Of a stretch of DNA of 25,795 nt, positions 7,731 to 16,186 are shown in pieces. The stretch lies in the NCBI GenBank assembly GCA_041750925.1, contig JBGSYL010000238.1, forward strand, positions 1-25,795, in the 5' to 3' direction. Each line of letters starts with the position of its first letter. Position 1 is the stretch's first letter. The notes below the pieces were generated by a model. The model was given only the letters and a program-made list of their open reading frames with translations, made no database searches and had not been told where the DNA came from. Both the position numbers and the translations under genes were made by a program. Source of the stretch: Phycisphaeraceae bacterium (GTDB taxonomy: Bacteria; Planctomycetota; Phycisphaerae; Phycisphaerales; Phycisphaeraceae).

Positions 7731-8588
7731 ATGCGTCTGAATACCCGTCTGAGCACCCTTGTGGCCTTGATGGTCGTCGGCGTTGCCTCTTCACTTCAGG
7801 CCGAGGACCTCTTGGAGAAGCATGTCGATCTGGTCAAGGCGTCGCTCATTGCCGATGTCGATTCCGTTTCGCCCGGTTCATCGTTCATGCTCGGTGTTCA
7901 TCTGAAGATGAAGCCGCACTGGCACACCTACTGGGTCAACCCCGGCGAGTCAGGCGAGGCGACGAAGATCAAATTCACCGGGCCGCAGGGCGTCGAGTTC
8001 GGCGCTGTGCGCTGGCCGCTGCCTACGGCGATGGAGTCCTTCGGCGCGATCACCTATGGCTATGAAGATGAGGCGCTGCTGCTGGTGCCTGTGAAGGTCG
8101 GGGCCCAGGCGAAGCTGGAGGGTGGGCTGAAGATTGATGCCCATGTCGTCTGGCTGGCGTGTCTGGACACCTGCATCGAAGGCGAGGCGACGCTGAACAT
8201 CGCGCTGCCGGTCTCCAAATCCAAGCCAGCGCCGGCCAACGGGCCGCAGTTCGCCAAATGGATCAAGCAACTACCCGCAAGCAGCCACACGGCTGTGGCG
8301 GCGATCGAACAGAAGAAGAAGGATGGTGCGCCGCTGTCAGTGGTGGAGGTGAAGTGGAACGAAGCGCCCAAGAAGGTGGAGTGGTTCCCGATCGCGACCC
8401 CTGCGGTGGCGATTGAGGACATCGTCCTCAAGCACGAGGGCGTCAAGACGGTGATTCAGTTCAAGCCCAATGTCTACCGCCCCGACCGCGTGCCCGGCGG
8501 CAAGGTGGATGGCGTGATCGTGTTCGAGGATGGCAAGGGACAGCGCGTGGGTGTGGCGATGTCGTTTGTTGTGCCCATTGAGGAGTAG
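7731..8588 (+). CDS. Exported DsbD N-terminal-domain (DsbC/pfam11412-like) protein, without the TM and thioredoxin domains
   Basis: Signal peptide, WHTYWVNPGESG, WP.P..., YGYE and WLACLDTCIEG cysteine pair. GGAG at 7718-7721 supports ATG 7731. Confidence 0.75.
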   Translation: MRLNTRLSTLVALMVVGVASSLQAEDLLEKHVDLVKASLIADVDSVSPGSSFMLGVHLKMKPHWHTYWVNPGESGEATKIKFTGPQGVEFGAVRWPLPTAMESFGAITYGYEDEALLLVPVKVGAQAKLEGGLKIDAHVVWLACLDTCIEGEATLNIALPVSKSKPAPANGPQFAKWIKQLPASSHTAVAAIEQKKKDGAPLSVVEVKWNEAPKKVEWFPIATPAVAIEDIVLKHEGVKTVIQFKPNVYRPDRVPGGKVDGVIVFEDGKGQRVGVAMSFVVPIEE

Positions 8589-8622
8589 ACTTGGGACTTG
8601 AGACTTGGGACTTGAGACTTGG
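8588..8622. repeat. Heptamer tandem repeat (GACTTGG GACTTGA)2 GACTTGG, single arm
   Basis: Five exact 7-nt units alternating G/A at the last position, starting on the last base of the upstream stop codon. Confidence 0.95.
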
Positions 8623-8702
8623 CTATAGAACGTCGAATCCCGCAACCGCGTGTGCGGTTGTTGAATGAATCTGGTTTTTTCTTTTCTCCCTGGAGGTTTC
8701 GC

Positions 8703-9248
8703 ATGAAACGTATCGCCCCCCTGTGTGCACTGCTGGTTCTGGCGACTGTCGCCGTTGCCGCCAACGTCAAGTCCGGCCTTGGCGTCGGCGAAAGCGTTCC
8801 CGCTTTCAACGTGAAGGACATCACCGGCCCCAGCGCGGGCAAGAGCCTGTGCTATCGATGCCAGTACGGCTCCAAGCCGGTGGCCTGTGTGTTCACCCGC
8901 GAGATCACCGACGAAGTGGTGGCTCTCATTCAGGAAATCGACAAGACTGTGGGTGACAACAAGAGCAAGAACATGTGCAGCTTCGTCGTGCTGATCACCG
9001 AAGACGCCGACGCCGGCGCCAAGCAGCTTGAGAAGCTGGCCAAGGAAAAGGGCATCAAGAACGTGCCGCTGACGGTGTTTGACGGCGCTTCAGGCCCCAA
9101 CGGTTACAAGATCGCCAAGGACGCCGCCGTCACCGTGCTCTACTGGAACAAGAGCCGCGTGCAGGCCAATCACGCCTTCGCCGCCGGCAAGATGACCAAG
9201 GACGATGTGAAGAAGGTCGCCGCTGATTCGAGCAAGATCCTCAACTGA
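8703..9248 (+). CDS. Exported thioredoxin-fold/redoxin-like protein with CYRC (CxxC) motif
   Basis: GGAGG at 8692-8696 before ATG 8703. Signal peptide. G..VPAF.VKD.TG opening typical of AhpC/TSA-like redoxins, then CYRC..G.KPV..VF.R. Confidence 0.7.
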   Translation: MKRIAPLCALLVLATVAVAANVKSGLGVGESVPAFNVKDITGPSAGKSLCYRCQYGSKPVACVFTREITDEVVALIQEIDKTVGDNKSKNMCSFVVLITEDADAGAKQLEKLAKEKGIKNVPLTVFDGASGPNGYKIAKDAAVTVLYWNKSRVQANHAFAAGKMTKDDVKKVAADSSKILN

Positions 9249-9281
9249 TCCTTCGCTCGCGGTCGCCATCAAAGATTCACC

Positions 9282-9311
9282 GAAACCCGCTTCCGGAAGG
9301 AGGCGGGTTTC
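9282..9311 (+). terminator. Probable intrinsic terminator hairpin
   Basis: GAAACCCGCTTCC-GGAA-GGAGGCGGGTTTC: 13-bp stem (one G.U) with a GNRA tetraloop, 33 nt after the redoxin stop. The U-tail is short. Confidence 0.6.
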
Positions 9312-9328
9312 ATTGCAGGATAGAATCA

Positions 9329-9514
9329 ATGAAAGTCCGGGAAGCCATTGAATTGATCGAAGCCGATGGGTGGCGGCACATCGACACCTCGGGTAGTCAT
9401 CGCCAATTCAAACATCCGGTGAAACCAGGCCGAGTCACTATTTCAGGCAAACTATCGAAGGACATTCCACCGGGCACGATGAACAGCATCCTGAAGCAGG
9501 CGGGATTGAAATGA
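9329..9514 (+). CDS. hicA: HicA family mRNA interferase toxin
   Basis: 61 aa; LIEADGW, GSHRQFKHP..PGRVTI, DIPPGT..SILKQAGL. The GSH catalytic His is present. Confidence 0.92.
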   Translation: MKVREAIELIEADGWRHIDTSGSHRQFKHPVKPGRVTISGKLSKDIPPGTMNSILKQAGLK

Positions 9515-9744
9515 AACCATCAAAGCAAGCCAAATATGCCGTGGTGATTGAGCGCTCGAAAGATGGCTTTGGGGCCTATGTGCCGGACTTGCCCGGCTGT
9601 GTTGCCCTGGGGGATTCGTTGGAGGAGGTCGAAAACCTGATTCGCGAGGCGATCGCCCTCCACATTGCGGGCATGCGTGATGATGGATTGGAGGTACCGC
9701 AGCCGACGACCAGAATCGAATACCTGTCGCCGCGTGTTGCTTGA
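9511..9744 (+). CDS. hicB: HicB family antitoxin, short form without C-terminal DNA-binding domain
   Basis: Y.VVIE....FGAYVPDLPGC.A.G.S.EE..NLIREAI.LH...M...G.EVP.P; ATGA overlap with hicA. Confidence 0.92.
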   Translation: MKPSKQAKYAVVIERSKDGFGAYVPDLPGCVALGDSLEEVENLIREAIALHIAGMRDDGLEVPQPTTRIEYLSPRVA

Positions 9745-11640
9745 ATGGGGCATGACCAACCTATGCATCGTAATCCACACTTGCGCTTTATCTCGTTGAT
9801 CTGCCTATTCATGGCAGGCTTTGGCTTTGCAAATGCCCCCATCCTCGCCGCCCCGCGGTCCAGCAGTCTCATGGACATCTCCGCCGATGGTTCGCTCCTG
9901 GCCTGCTCCAATCGCGACAGCGGCACCGTCACCATCATCGATCTCAAGACCAACACCAAGCTGCGCGAAATTACCGTGGGCACCACGCTATCCAAGCCTG
10001 AAGGCGTGGCGTTCCTGGGCGACACCCATCAGTTCGCTGTCACGCTATATCACGATGACAAGATCATCTTCGCCGATGCAGCCACCGGTAAGACAACCGG
10101 CGAGGTCGATGTCTTCGATGAACCCTACGGTATCGTCAGCTCACTTAAGGGCGACAAGCTTTACGCCACGCTCAGTTATCCGGGCCAGATCATCGAGATC
10201 GACACCAAGGCCCGCAAGGTCCTGCGCACCTTCGAGGCCGGCCGCTTCCCGCGCGGCATCGCCATTGCCGCCGATGATTCGCGTCTGTATTTCACCGAGT
10301 ATTACACGGCCAACATCATCGCCCTTGACACCGCCACCGGGAAGGAAGCCGACCGCTGGGATGGCATCCGCTCGGACAATCTCGCACGGCAGATCACCCT
10401 GCATCCCACCCGGCCCAAGGCTTACATCCCGCACATCCGCTCCGCCACCGAACGGGCTCATGGCGAAGGCTCGATCTTTCCCTATGTGACCATTCTCGAC
10501 ACTGATCAGCGCGAGGGAAAACGCCGCACGCGAATCCCCATGGACAGCTTCATCAGCGTCCACGTCACCGCCAATCCGTGGGAGGTGGCCATCGCCCCCG
10601 ATGGTCGCCGGCTGTATGCGGTGTTCAGCGGCACCAACGACATGTATGTCACCGATGTCATCGACGATGACTACCGCGAACTGACCCACCGGGCCACGCT
10701 CAAGCTCGGCAGCAACCCCCGGGCGGTGCGCGTTGCCAACGACAGCAGCGCTTTCTACATCTACAACGCCCTGGATTTCAACGTGGTGGTCTACGATGCG
10801 AAAACCCTGCGGCAGCGGGCGGTGATCCCGGTGACGCAATCGCCGCTCAGCGCGGAGATCCTGCTGGGTAAACAGCTCTTTTATTCAGCGTTGGAGCCGA
10901 TGGCCAGTCGGCGGTGGATATCCTGTTCAAGCTGCCATCCCGATGGCGAAAGTGATGCCCGCACCTGGCAGAACCCCGAGGGACTGCGCGACACGCCATC
11001 ACTGGCGGAAATGGCATGGACGCATCCACTGCACTGGTCGGCCGACCGCGACGAGGTGCAGGATTTTGAGCACACGATTCGAGGCAACCTCATGCAAGGC
11101 CGCGGGCTGATCCCCGGTCGTCGCAATGTGCAGCCCGATCTGGACAAACCCAACAAGGGCATCTCCGCATCGCTCGATGCTCTGGCCGCCTACAGCAACA
11201 CGCACAAGGCCCCCATGAGTCCGCACGGCAAGAACGGTTTGAGCGAAGCGGCCCAGCGCGGCCGCGAACTGTTCTTCTCCAAGCAGACCAACTGTGCTTC
11301 GTGCCACAGCGGGCCTTATTTCACTGACTCCACGCCCGGCCCGACAATCATCCGCCACGATGTAGGCACGGGCGGTGACGATCCCTCGGAGAAAATGGGC
11401 CCCGCCTACGACACGCCGACGCTTTTGGGCATCTACCGCACCGCGCCTTACCTCCACCATGGCAAAGCCGCCACGCTGGTCGATGTGCTCACGACGCAAA
11501 ACAAGGATGACAAGCACGGCAAGACGAGCCACCTTGCGGCGGAGCAGATCAACGATCTCGTCGAGTTTCTTAAGGCGCTGCCTTATGAGGATCCTGAGCC
11601 GCGGGCGCGGGAGTTGAAGATGAAGAAGGTGGAGCGGTGA
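9745..11640 (+). CDS. Exported YVTN/YncE-type beta-propeller fused to a C-terminal diheme cytochrome c (CcP/MauG-like) domain; start 9745 or 9763
   Basis: Signal peptide. Propeller repeats (P.GVAF, P.GIAI..D..RLY, PWEVAIAPDG.RLY, PRAV). Two haem motifs, CSSCH and CASCH. TPTL.GIYRTAPYLHHG resembles the CcP/MauG C-terminal motif. Confidence 0.85.
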   Translation: MGHDQPMHRNPHLRFISLICLFMAGFGFANAPILAAPRSSSLMDISADGSLLACSNRDSGTVTIIDLKTNTKLREITVGTTLSKPEGVAFLGDTHQFAVTLYHDDKIIFADAATGKTTGEVDVFDEPYGIVSSLKGDKLYATLSYPGQIIEIDTKARKVLRTFEAGRFPRGIAIAADDSRLYFTEYYTANIIALDTATGKEADRWDGIRSDNLARQITLHPTRPKAYIPHIRSATERAHGEGSIFPYVTILDTDQREGKRRTRIPMDSFISVHVTANPWEVAIAPDGRRLYAVFSGTNDMYVTDVIDDDYRELTHRATLKLGSNPRAVRVANDSSAFYIYNALDFNVVVYDAKTLRQRAVIPVTQSPLSAEILLGKQLFYSALEPMASRRWISCSSCHPDGESDARTWQNPEGLRDTPSLAEMAWTHPLHWSADRDEVQDFEHTIRGNLMQGRGLIPGRRNVQPDLDKPNKGISASLDALAAYSNTHKAPMSPHGKNGLSEAAQRGRELFFSKQTNCASCHSGPYFTDSTPGPTIIRHDVGTGGDDPSEKMGPAYDTPTLLGIYRTAPYLHHGKAATLVDVLTTQNKDDKHGKTSHLAAEQINDLVEFLKALPYEDPEPRARELKMKKVER

Positions 11641-11757
11641 CATGGCAGGGGGTGCTTTCGGTGGAGGAACCATGGAATTCGCAGGAGCCTCGTGCGTTCT
11701 CTTGGTACCCGCCGCGCACCCGGCTCGCTCTACGGCGGCGGGAATCGAGGCAAAAAA

Positions 11758-12165
11758 ATGATGTTTCAAGCTCCGACTGATGGCCAGGTGATCGAGCAAG
11801 TTCGCCGACAGGAGCGCTGGCGCCCGCGGATCGCAGGGGTGTTCATCGTGGTGGGGCTCGCCGGTCTTGCGTTTACGATCGTCATGGGTCACCACATCTA
11901 CAACACCATGCTCGGTTCGCTCAACTGGGCGTATCAGCACATACCGCCTGGGCCGCATCAATCGTGTCAGTTGTTCAACGAGGTCGGCTATAAACGAGGA
12001 TTCCTGATCGGCATGACTCTGCTTGGCGGCTTCACCACTTTCTTTTCGATGGCTTTCAATGGCTTTCTGATGACCATTCGAGATCGAAAAAATCAGCTCC
12101 TGCTCAGATGCTGGGACGTGCTCACGATGGAAGATGCAAATTCGGTGGACGAACAAGGCGCATGA
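11758..12165 (+). CDS. Hypothetical two-TM membrane protein (135 aa)
   Basis: GAGG before ATG 11758. Hydrophobic IAGVFIVVGLAGLAFTIVMG and GFLIGMTLLGGFTTFFSMAFNGFL. No family recognised. Confidence 0.55.
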   Translation: MMFQAPTDGQVIEQVRRQERWRPRIAGVFIVVGLAGLAFTIVMGHHIYNTMLGSLNWAYQHIPPGPHQSCQLFNEVGYKRGFLIGMTLLGGFTTFFSMAFNGFLMTIRDRKNQLLLRCWDVLTMEDANSVDEQGA

Positions 12166-12196
12166 CGCGCGCAGATGGTCGGTCGGTCCTTGACCT

Positions 12197-12847
12197 TCAC
12201 GCGCCGGTGCAGGCCTCCTGGCCGTTGGCTGGTGTGCCGGCGTGATCGGGGGCCAGGACCATGCGCATTAGTTCGGTGACGCCTTGGGCGTTCATTCTGT
12301 TGAGAATCTGTGAACGATGAACTTCAATGGTCTTGATGCTGCGGCCAAGCTGGTCGGCGATCTGCTTGCTGGTGAGGCCCTGGACGACGAGGTCGAGCAC
12401 TTCGCGCTGGCGTCGGGTGAGGCGGCTCAGTCGCTCATCGATTTCCAATTGTTGGGCGGTTTGCTGGCGTTGTCGTTGGTTGAGTTCCAACGCTTCGCGG
12501 ATGCGATCGACCAAGAGGGGCGGGTCGATCGGCTTCTCGAAGAAGTAGATGGCGCCGGATTTCATCGCCTTAGTGGCGGTTTCGACGGAGCCATAGCCTG
12601 TGAGGAAGATGATGGGCATGGCTGATCTGCGGCGGATGAGTTCTTCCTGGAGGTCCAGTCCTGTCATTCGCGGCATGCGGAGGTCGGTGAGGATGCAGCC
12701 GGGGGCCTGGCCATCGTAGCTGCTCAGGAATGCATCGGCGGAGGAAAAGACATCGACCCGATAGTCGGGCGAGGCGATGGCCTGGGGCAGGGTGCGACGG
12801 ATGGAGGCATCGTCGTCGACGAGAAAAACGGTGGGACGGTCACTCAT
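12197..12847 (-). CDS. FixJ/NarL-type response regulator (REC + LuxR HTH)
   Basis: VFLVDDD, TDLRMP (phosphoacceptor Asp), FLTGYG, EKP, then LT.RQREVL.LVVQGLTSKQIA..LG.S.KTIEVHR. Confidence 0.93.
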   Translation of the reverse strand: MSDRPTVFLVDDDASIRRTLPQAIASPDYRVDVFSSADAFLSSYDGQAPGCILTDLRMPRMTGLDLQEELIRRRSAMPIIFLTGYGSVETATKAMKSGAIYFFEKPIDPPLLVDRIREALELNQRQRQQTAQQLEIDERLSRLTRRQREVLDLVVQGLTSKQIADQLGRSIKTIEVHRSQILNRMNAQGVTELMRMVLAPDHAGTPANGQEACTGA

Positions 12848-13065
12848 GAAACATCTCCCGGTCGATCTGCGGGTGGAATGAACAGAAAACCATCCCGATG
12901 GATCAGCAGTAGTGGAGTCAGCGTATGAGACGTCATGGCTATTGCGAACGACTGGGTAAAACGCTTACTTTTCAGGAATATTTTACGGGTGATTTGCCGG
13001 GTGCATGAAGAGCGCAAAGAAAACAGCCGCACCTGGTTGATGGTGTGTGAGTGTGTTGATCGATG

Positions 13066-13104
13066 GCGCGACCGCTGGTTCCTGATGGGAACCGGTGGTT
13101 GCGC
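13066..13104 (+). other. Strong 17-bp RNA-type hairpin in the divergent intergenic region
   Basis: GCGCGACCGCTGGTTCC-TGATG-GGAACCGGTGGTTGCGC: 14 Watson-Crick pairs plus 3 G.U pairs, no mismatches as + strand RNA. Confidence 0.6.
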
Positions 13105-13302
13105 ATGGATAGCGTCGCCTCTCTTCAAGGGCGAATGGATCAGCCGCCCATCAGGATTAACGCGTGTCGTTGTCGCGCGTCCTGTGGCCTGTTGTTCAAT
13201 CTTGACCAAATTGGCAATGAAGGCTTGCATTGGCTCGTTGCACACTAGAATGGGTTGATGTGCCGTGGATTCGTTCGCGGCGTTCCCATCTGACGGTCCT
13301 TA

Positions 13303-16074
13303 TTGGGATGCAGTCGTTTGAGCGATCCGACGCGACTCCAATCCGAATCCCGCTTCACGATCGTTCGTGCCGATCGCCGGAGACGGTCCGACGATTTTCA
13401 TTCCAGTCGAGGCACGGGATTCATTACGGGCTCACGTTTCATCATTGCTCCGCGTTTCATCATCACTGCACGTCTGATCGTTGCATGGGCTTTGGCGGTG
13501 TCGCTACTTCTCTTCTTGTCGCCGATCGCCCGGGCCGATCTGGCGGGGTGCACCGCGAAGCTACAGTCGGGCGACTATGCAGGTTGCATCGAGGAAGCGA
13601 CGCAGGCGATTGAGAGCGGGCAGTTTGGCGAGCCGTGGCGATTGCTCAAGATTCAGGCGCAGCTGATTCGCGGGGAATATCAGGAGGCGCTGGCGACGTT
13701 TGAGATGGCGCTGCCGCGCTATCAATCGAGCATTCGGCTGCGGCTCTTGGGGCATGAGGTTTATTCGGCGCTGGGCCGGCGTGATGATGCGGCGCGGATG
13801 CTCGAGCAGATCAACCGGCTGGTGGGGGCCAGGCCGTGGTGGTATTCCGATGCGCTCGATCTGGTGGCGCAAGGCAGGGCGGCGCTGCTCCTGGGTGCTG
13901 ATCCACGGCAGGTGCTGGAGTTGATTTACGACAAGGCCCGCCGGGAATCGCCGGGCGTTCGCGAGACGTGGCTTGCGCCGGGCGAGCTGGCGCTGGACAA
14001 GCAGGATTACGCCGAGGCCGGCCGGCTGTTTACGGAGGCGGTCAAACGCTTTCCCAATGATCCGGACATTCACTACGGCATCGCGAGGGCGTTTGCCCCA
14101 TCCGATGGTCAGCGGACGATGGCGGCACTGGCGAAGACGCTGGAGCTGAATCCCAATCATGTCGGTGCGCTGCTCATGCAGGCCGATGAACTGATCGATG
14201 GCGAGAATCTGGCGGAGGCCGAGGAGGTGCTCGCGCAGGTGCTTTCGATCAACCCGGCGAGTGTGCCGGCGTGCTCTTACAGTGCGGTGCTGGCCCACTT
14301 GGAAAATGACAGCGAGGGCGAGGCGGTGAGCCGGTCGCGGGCGCTGAAGTTCAACATTGCGAACCCGGCGGTGGATCATTTGATCGGCCGTAAGCTGAGT
14401 CAAAAGTATCGCTTCGCCGAGGGCGCTGCTCATCAGCGGGCGGCGCTGAAGCTGGATGAAAATCATCTTCCGGCCAAGGCGCAGTTGTCGCAGGATCTAT
14501 TGCGACTGGGTGAAGTGGAGGAAGGGTGGAAACTGGCCCGCGAGGTTCTGGAGAAGGATGCCTACAACGTGGTGGCGTTTAATCTGGTCACGCTGCAGGA
14601 GAACATCGCGAAGTTCCGCACGCTGGAGGATGAGTTCTTCATTGTTCGCATGGAAGCCCGCGAGGCGGAGATTTATGGCGAGCGGGTGATGTCGCTGCTC
14701 AACCGGGCGAGGGTGGCGTTGTGCGACAAGTACGACATGAAACTCACGAGTCGGGTGACGGTGGAGATTTTTCCGGACCAGAAGGACTTTGCGATCCGCA
14801 CGTTCGGCCTGCCTGGCGGGGATGGATTTCTGGGCGTGTGCTTTGGCAATGTGATCACCGCGAACAGTCCGGCGGCCATCGGCGGGGCATCGAACTGGGA
14901 GGCGGTACTGTGGCATGAGTTCTGCCATGTGGTGACGCTGCAGGCGACGCGCAACCGCATGCCCCGCTGGTTGAGCGAAGGCATCAGCGTGTATGAGGAG
15001 AAGCAGGCGAACAAGACGTGGGGCCAGTCGATGACGCCGGTGTTCCGCGAGATGATTCTGGGCGGGGAGCTGACACCAGTGGGGCGGCTGAGCATGGCGT
15101 TTTTGCGGGCGCGGTCGGCGATGCATGTGCAGTTTGCGTATTACCAGTCGTCATTGGTGGTGGAGTTCATGATTCAAAAGGCGGGCATCGAGGGTGTGCG
15201 CAAGGTGCTGCGCGATCTGCATGAAGGCATCTACATCAATGCGGCCATCGAGAAACACATTGGGCCGATGAAGGAGATCGAGGCGGGGTTTGAGGCGCAT
15301 GCGAAAGCGCTGGCGCAGAAGCTGGCCCCGAGCGCGGACTGGGCCCCGCTGCCACCAGCGGCCCAGCGCGGGGGCGCTGCGCTGGCGGCTTGGCTTAAGG
15401 AGCATCCGGACAGTGTCGCGGGGCTGATGCTGCACGGGCAGGAACTGTTGGCGGAGAAAAAATGGAACGAGGCGAAGCAGCCTTTGCTCCGCGCCATCGA
15501 ACTGTTTCCCGAGGATGACAGCCCGAATAATGCGAACTGGCTATTGTCGCAGGCGCATCGGGCGCTGGAGGAAATGAAGGAGGAGCAGGCGGCCTTGGAG
15601 CGCATCGCCGCGATGAGTGCGGACCATGTGCCGGCGTTCTTGCGGCTGATGGAACTGGCGGGCGAACGGAAGGATTGGCCAGCGGTGCTCACCTTTGGCG
15701 ACCGCATTCTGGCGGTGAATCCGCTGTCGCCTTCGCCGCACCGGCTGCTGGCGATGGCGGCGGACTATATGAACGATCATGCGGCGGCGGCGCGGGCATT
15801 GCGCACGCTGCTGCTGATGGAGCCGGCGGATCCGGCGCAGTTGCATTTTGATCTGGCGCGGCATCTGTATGCGATGAAGAAGGATGACCCAGCGGCAAGG
15901 CGGCATGTACTGCGGGCCATTGAGGAAGCGCCGCGGTTTCAAGAGGCGCAGAAGTTGCTGTTGAGGATTGTGGAGGGTGACGGTCAGAAGGAAGGGGCAA
16001 GCAAACCTGAGGTGTCGCCCAAGCCCGATGGTGAGTCGTCGAACCGTCGGGGTGCTGTTGGTGATCCAAGGTGA
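13303..16074 (+). CDS. Exported TPR-repeat protein with peptidase MA-like (gluzincin) domain; start uncertain (TTG 13303 or 13318)
   Basis: Signal h-region LIVAWALAVSLLLFLSPIARA. Many TPR-like helices on both sides of LWHEFCHVV (HExxH) and PRWLSEG..VYEE (third-ligand Glu). Confidence 0.85.
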   Translation: MGCSRLSDPTRLQSESRFTIVRADRRRRSDDFHSSRGTGFITGSRFIIAPRFIITARLIVAWALAVSLLLFLSPIARADLAGCTAKLQSGDYAGCIEEATQAIESGQFGEPWRLLKIQAQLIRGEYQEALATFEMALPRYQSSIRLRLLGHEVYSALGRRDDAARMLEQINRLVGARPWWYSDALDLVAQGRAALLLGADPRQVLELIYDKARRESPGVRETWLAPGELALDKQDYAEAGRLFTEAVKRFPNDPDIHYGIARAFAPSDGQRTMAALAKTLELNPNHVGALLMQADELIDGENLAEAEEVLAQVLSINPASVPACSYSAVLAHLENDSEGEAVSRSRALKFNIANPAVDHLIGRKLSQKYRFAEGAAHQRAALKLDENHLPAKAQLSQDLLRLGEVEEGWKLAREVLEKDAYNVVAFNLVTLQENIAKFRTLEDEFFIVRMEAREAEIYGERVMSLLNRARVALCDKYDMKLTSRVTVEIFPDQKDFAIRTFGLPGGDGFLGVCFGNVITANSPAAIGGASNWEAVLWHEFCHVVTLQATRNRMPRWLSEGISVYEEKQANKTWGQSMTPVFREMILGGELTPVGRLSMAFLRARSAMHVQFAYYQSSLVVEFMIQKAGIEGVRKVLRDLHEGIYINAAIEKHIGPMKEIEAGFEAHAKALAQKLAPSADWAPLPPAAQRGGAALAAWLKEHPDSVAGLMLHGQELLAEKKWNEAKQPLLRAIELFPEDDSPNNANWLLSQAHRALEEMKEEQAALERIAAMSADHVPAFLRLMELAGERKDWPAVLTFGDRILAVNPLSPSPHRLLAMAADYMNDHAAAARALRTLLLMEPADPAQLHFDLARHLYAMKKDDPAARRHVLRAIEEAPRFQEAQKLLLRIVEGDGQKEGASKPEVSPKPDGESSNRRGAVGDPR

Positions 16075-16113
16075 ATCGATACCCCGACGGCTCGCAGACT
16101 CGCCATCGGGCTT
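16021..16113. repeat. REP-like palindrome doublet (two inverted 33-nt arms, each internally palindromic) straddling the TPR gene stop
   Basis: 16021-16053 versus 16081-16113: 29 WC + 1 G.U + 3 mismatches, 27-nt spacer. Each arm has the form CCCGAYGG-N12-CCRTCGGG. Confidence 0.8.
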
Positions 16114-16186
16114 GGGAAGGGATTCAAGGTTGTTCGAGAATCAAGGGCTGGAAAAACCAACGACTCGAAGATCAAGGACGTGACCC

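Noticed and set aside
8703-9248. Possible selenoprotein (Sec) redoxin
   Set aside because: Both motif positions are ordinary Cys codons and there is no in-frame TGA.
11708-11742. 8-bp GC stem CCCGCCGC/GCGGCGGG after the cytochrome gene
   Set aside because: A short all-GC stem with a long loop and no U-tail, compatible with chance in this composition.
887-13251. TAGAAT hexamers at 887, 9321 and 13246 as -10 boxes
   Set aside because: No convincingly spaced -35 (best is TTGCAT-N15 at 13225), and the one at 9321 is too close to the hicA ATG. Not supportable without TSS data.
12935-13258. 107-aa ORF in the divergent intergenic region
   Set aside because: Trp/Cys/Arg-rich random-looking composition, no RBS, and it overlaps the likely regulatory region and hairpin.
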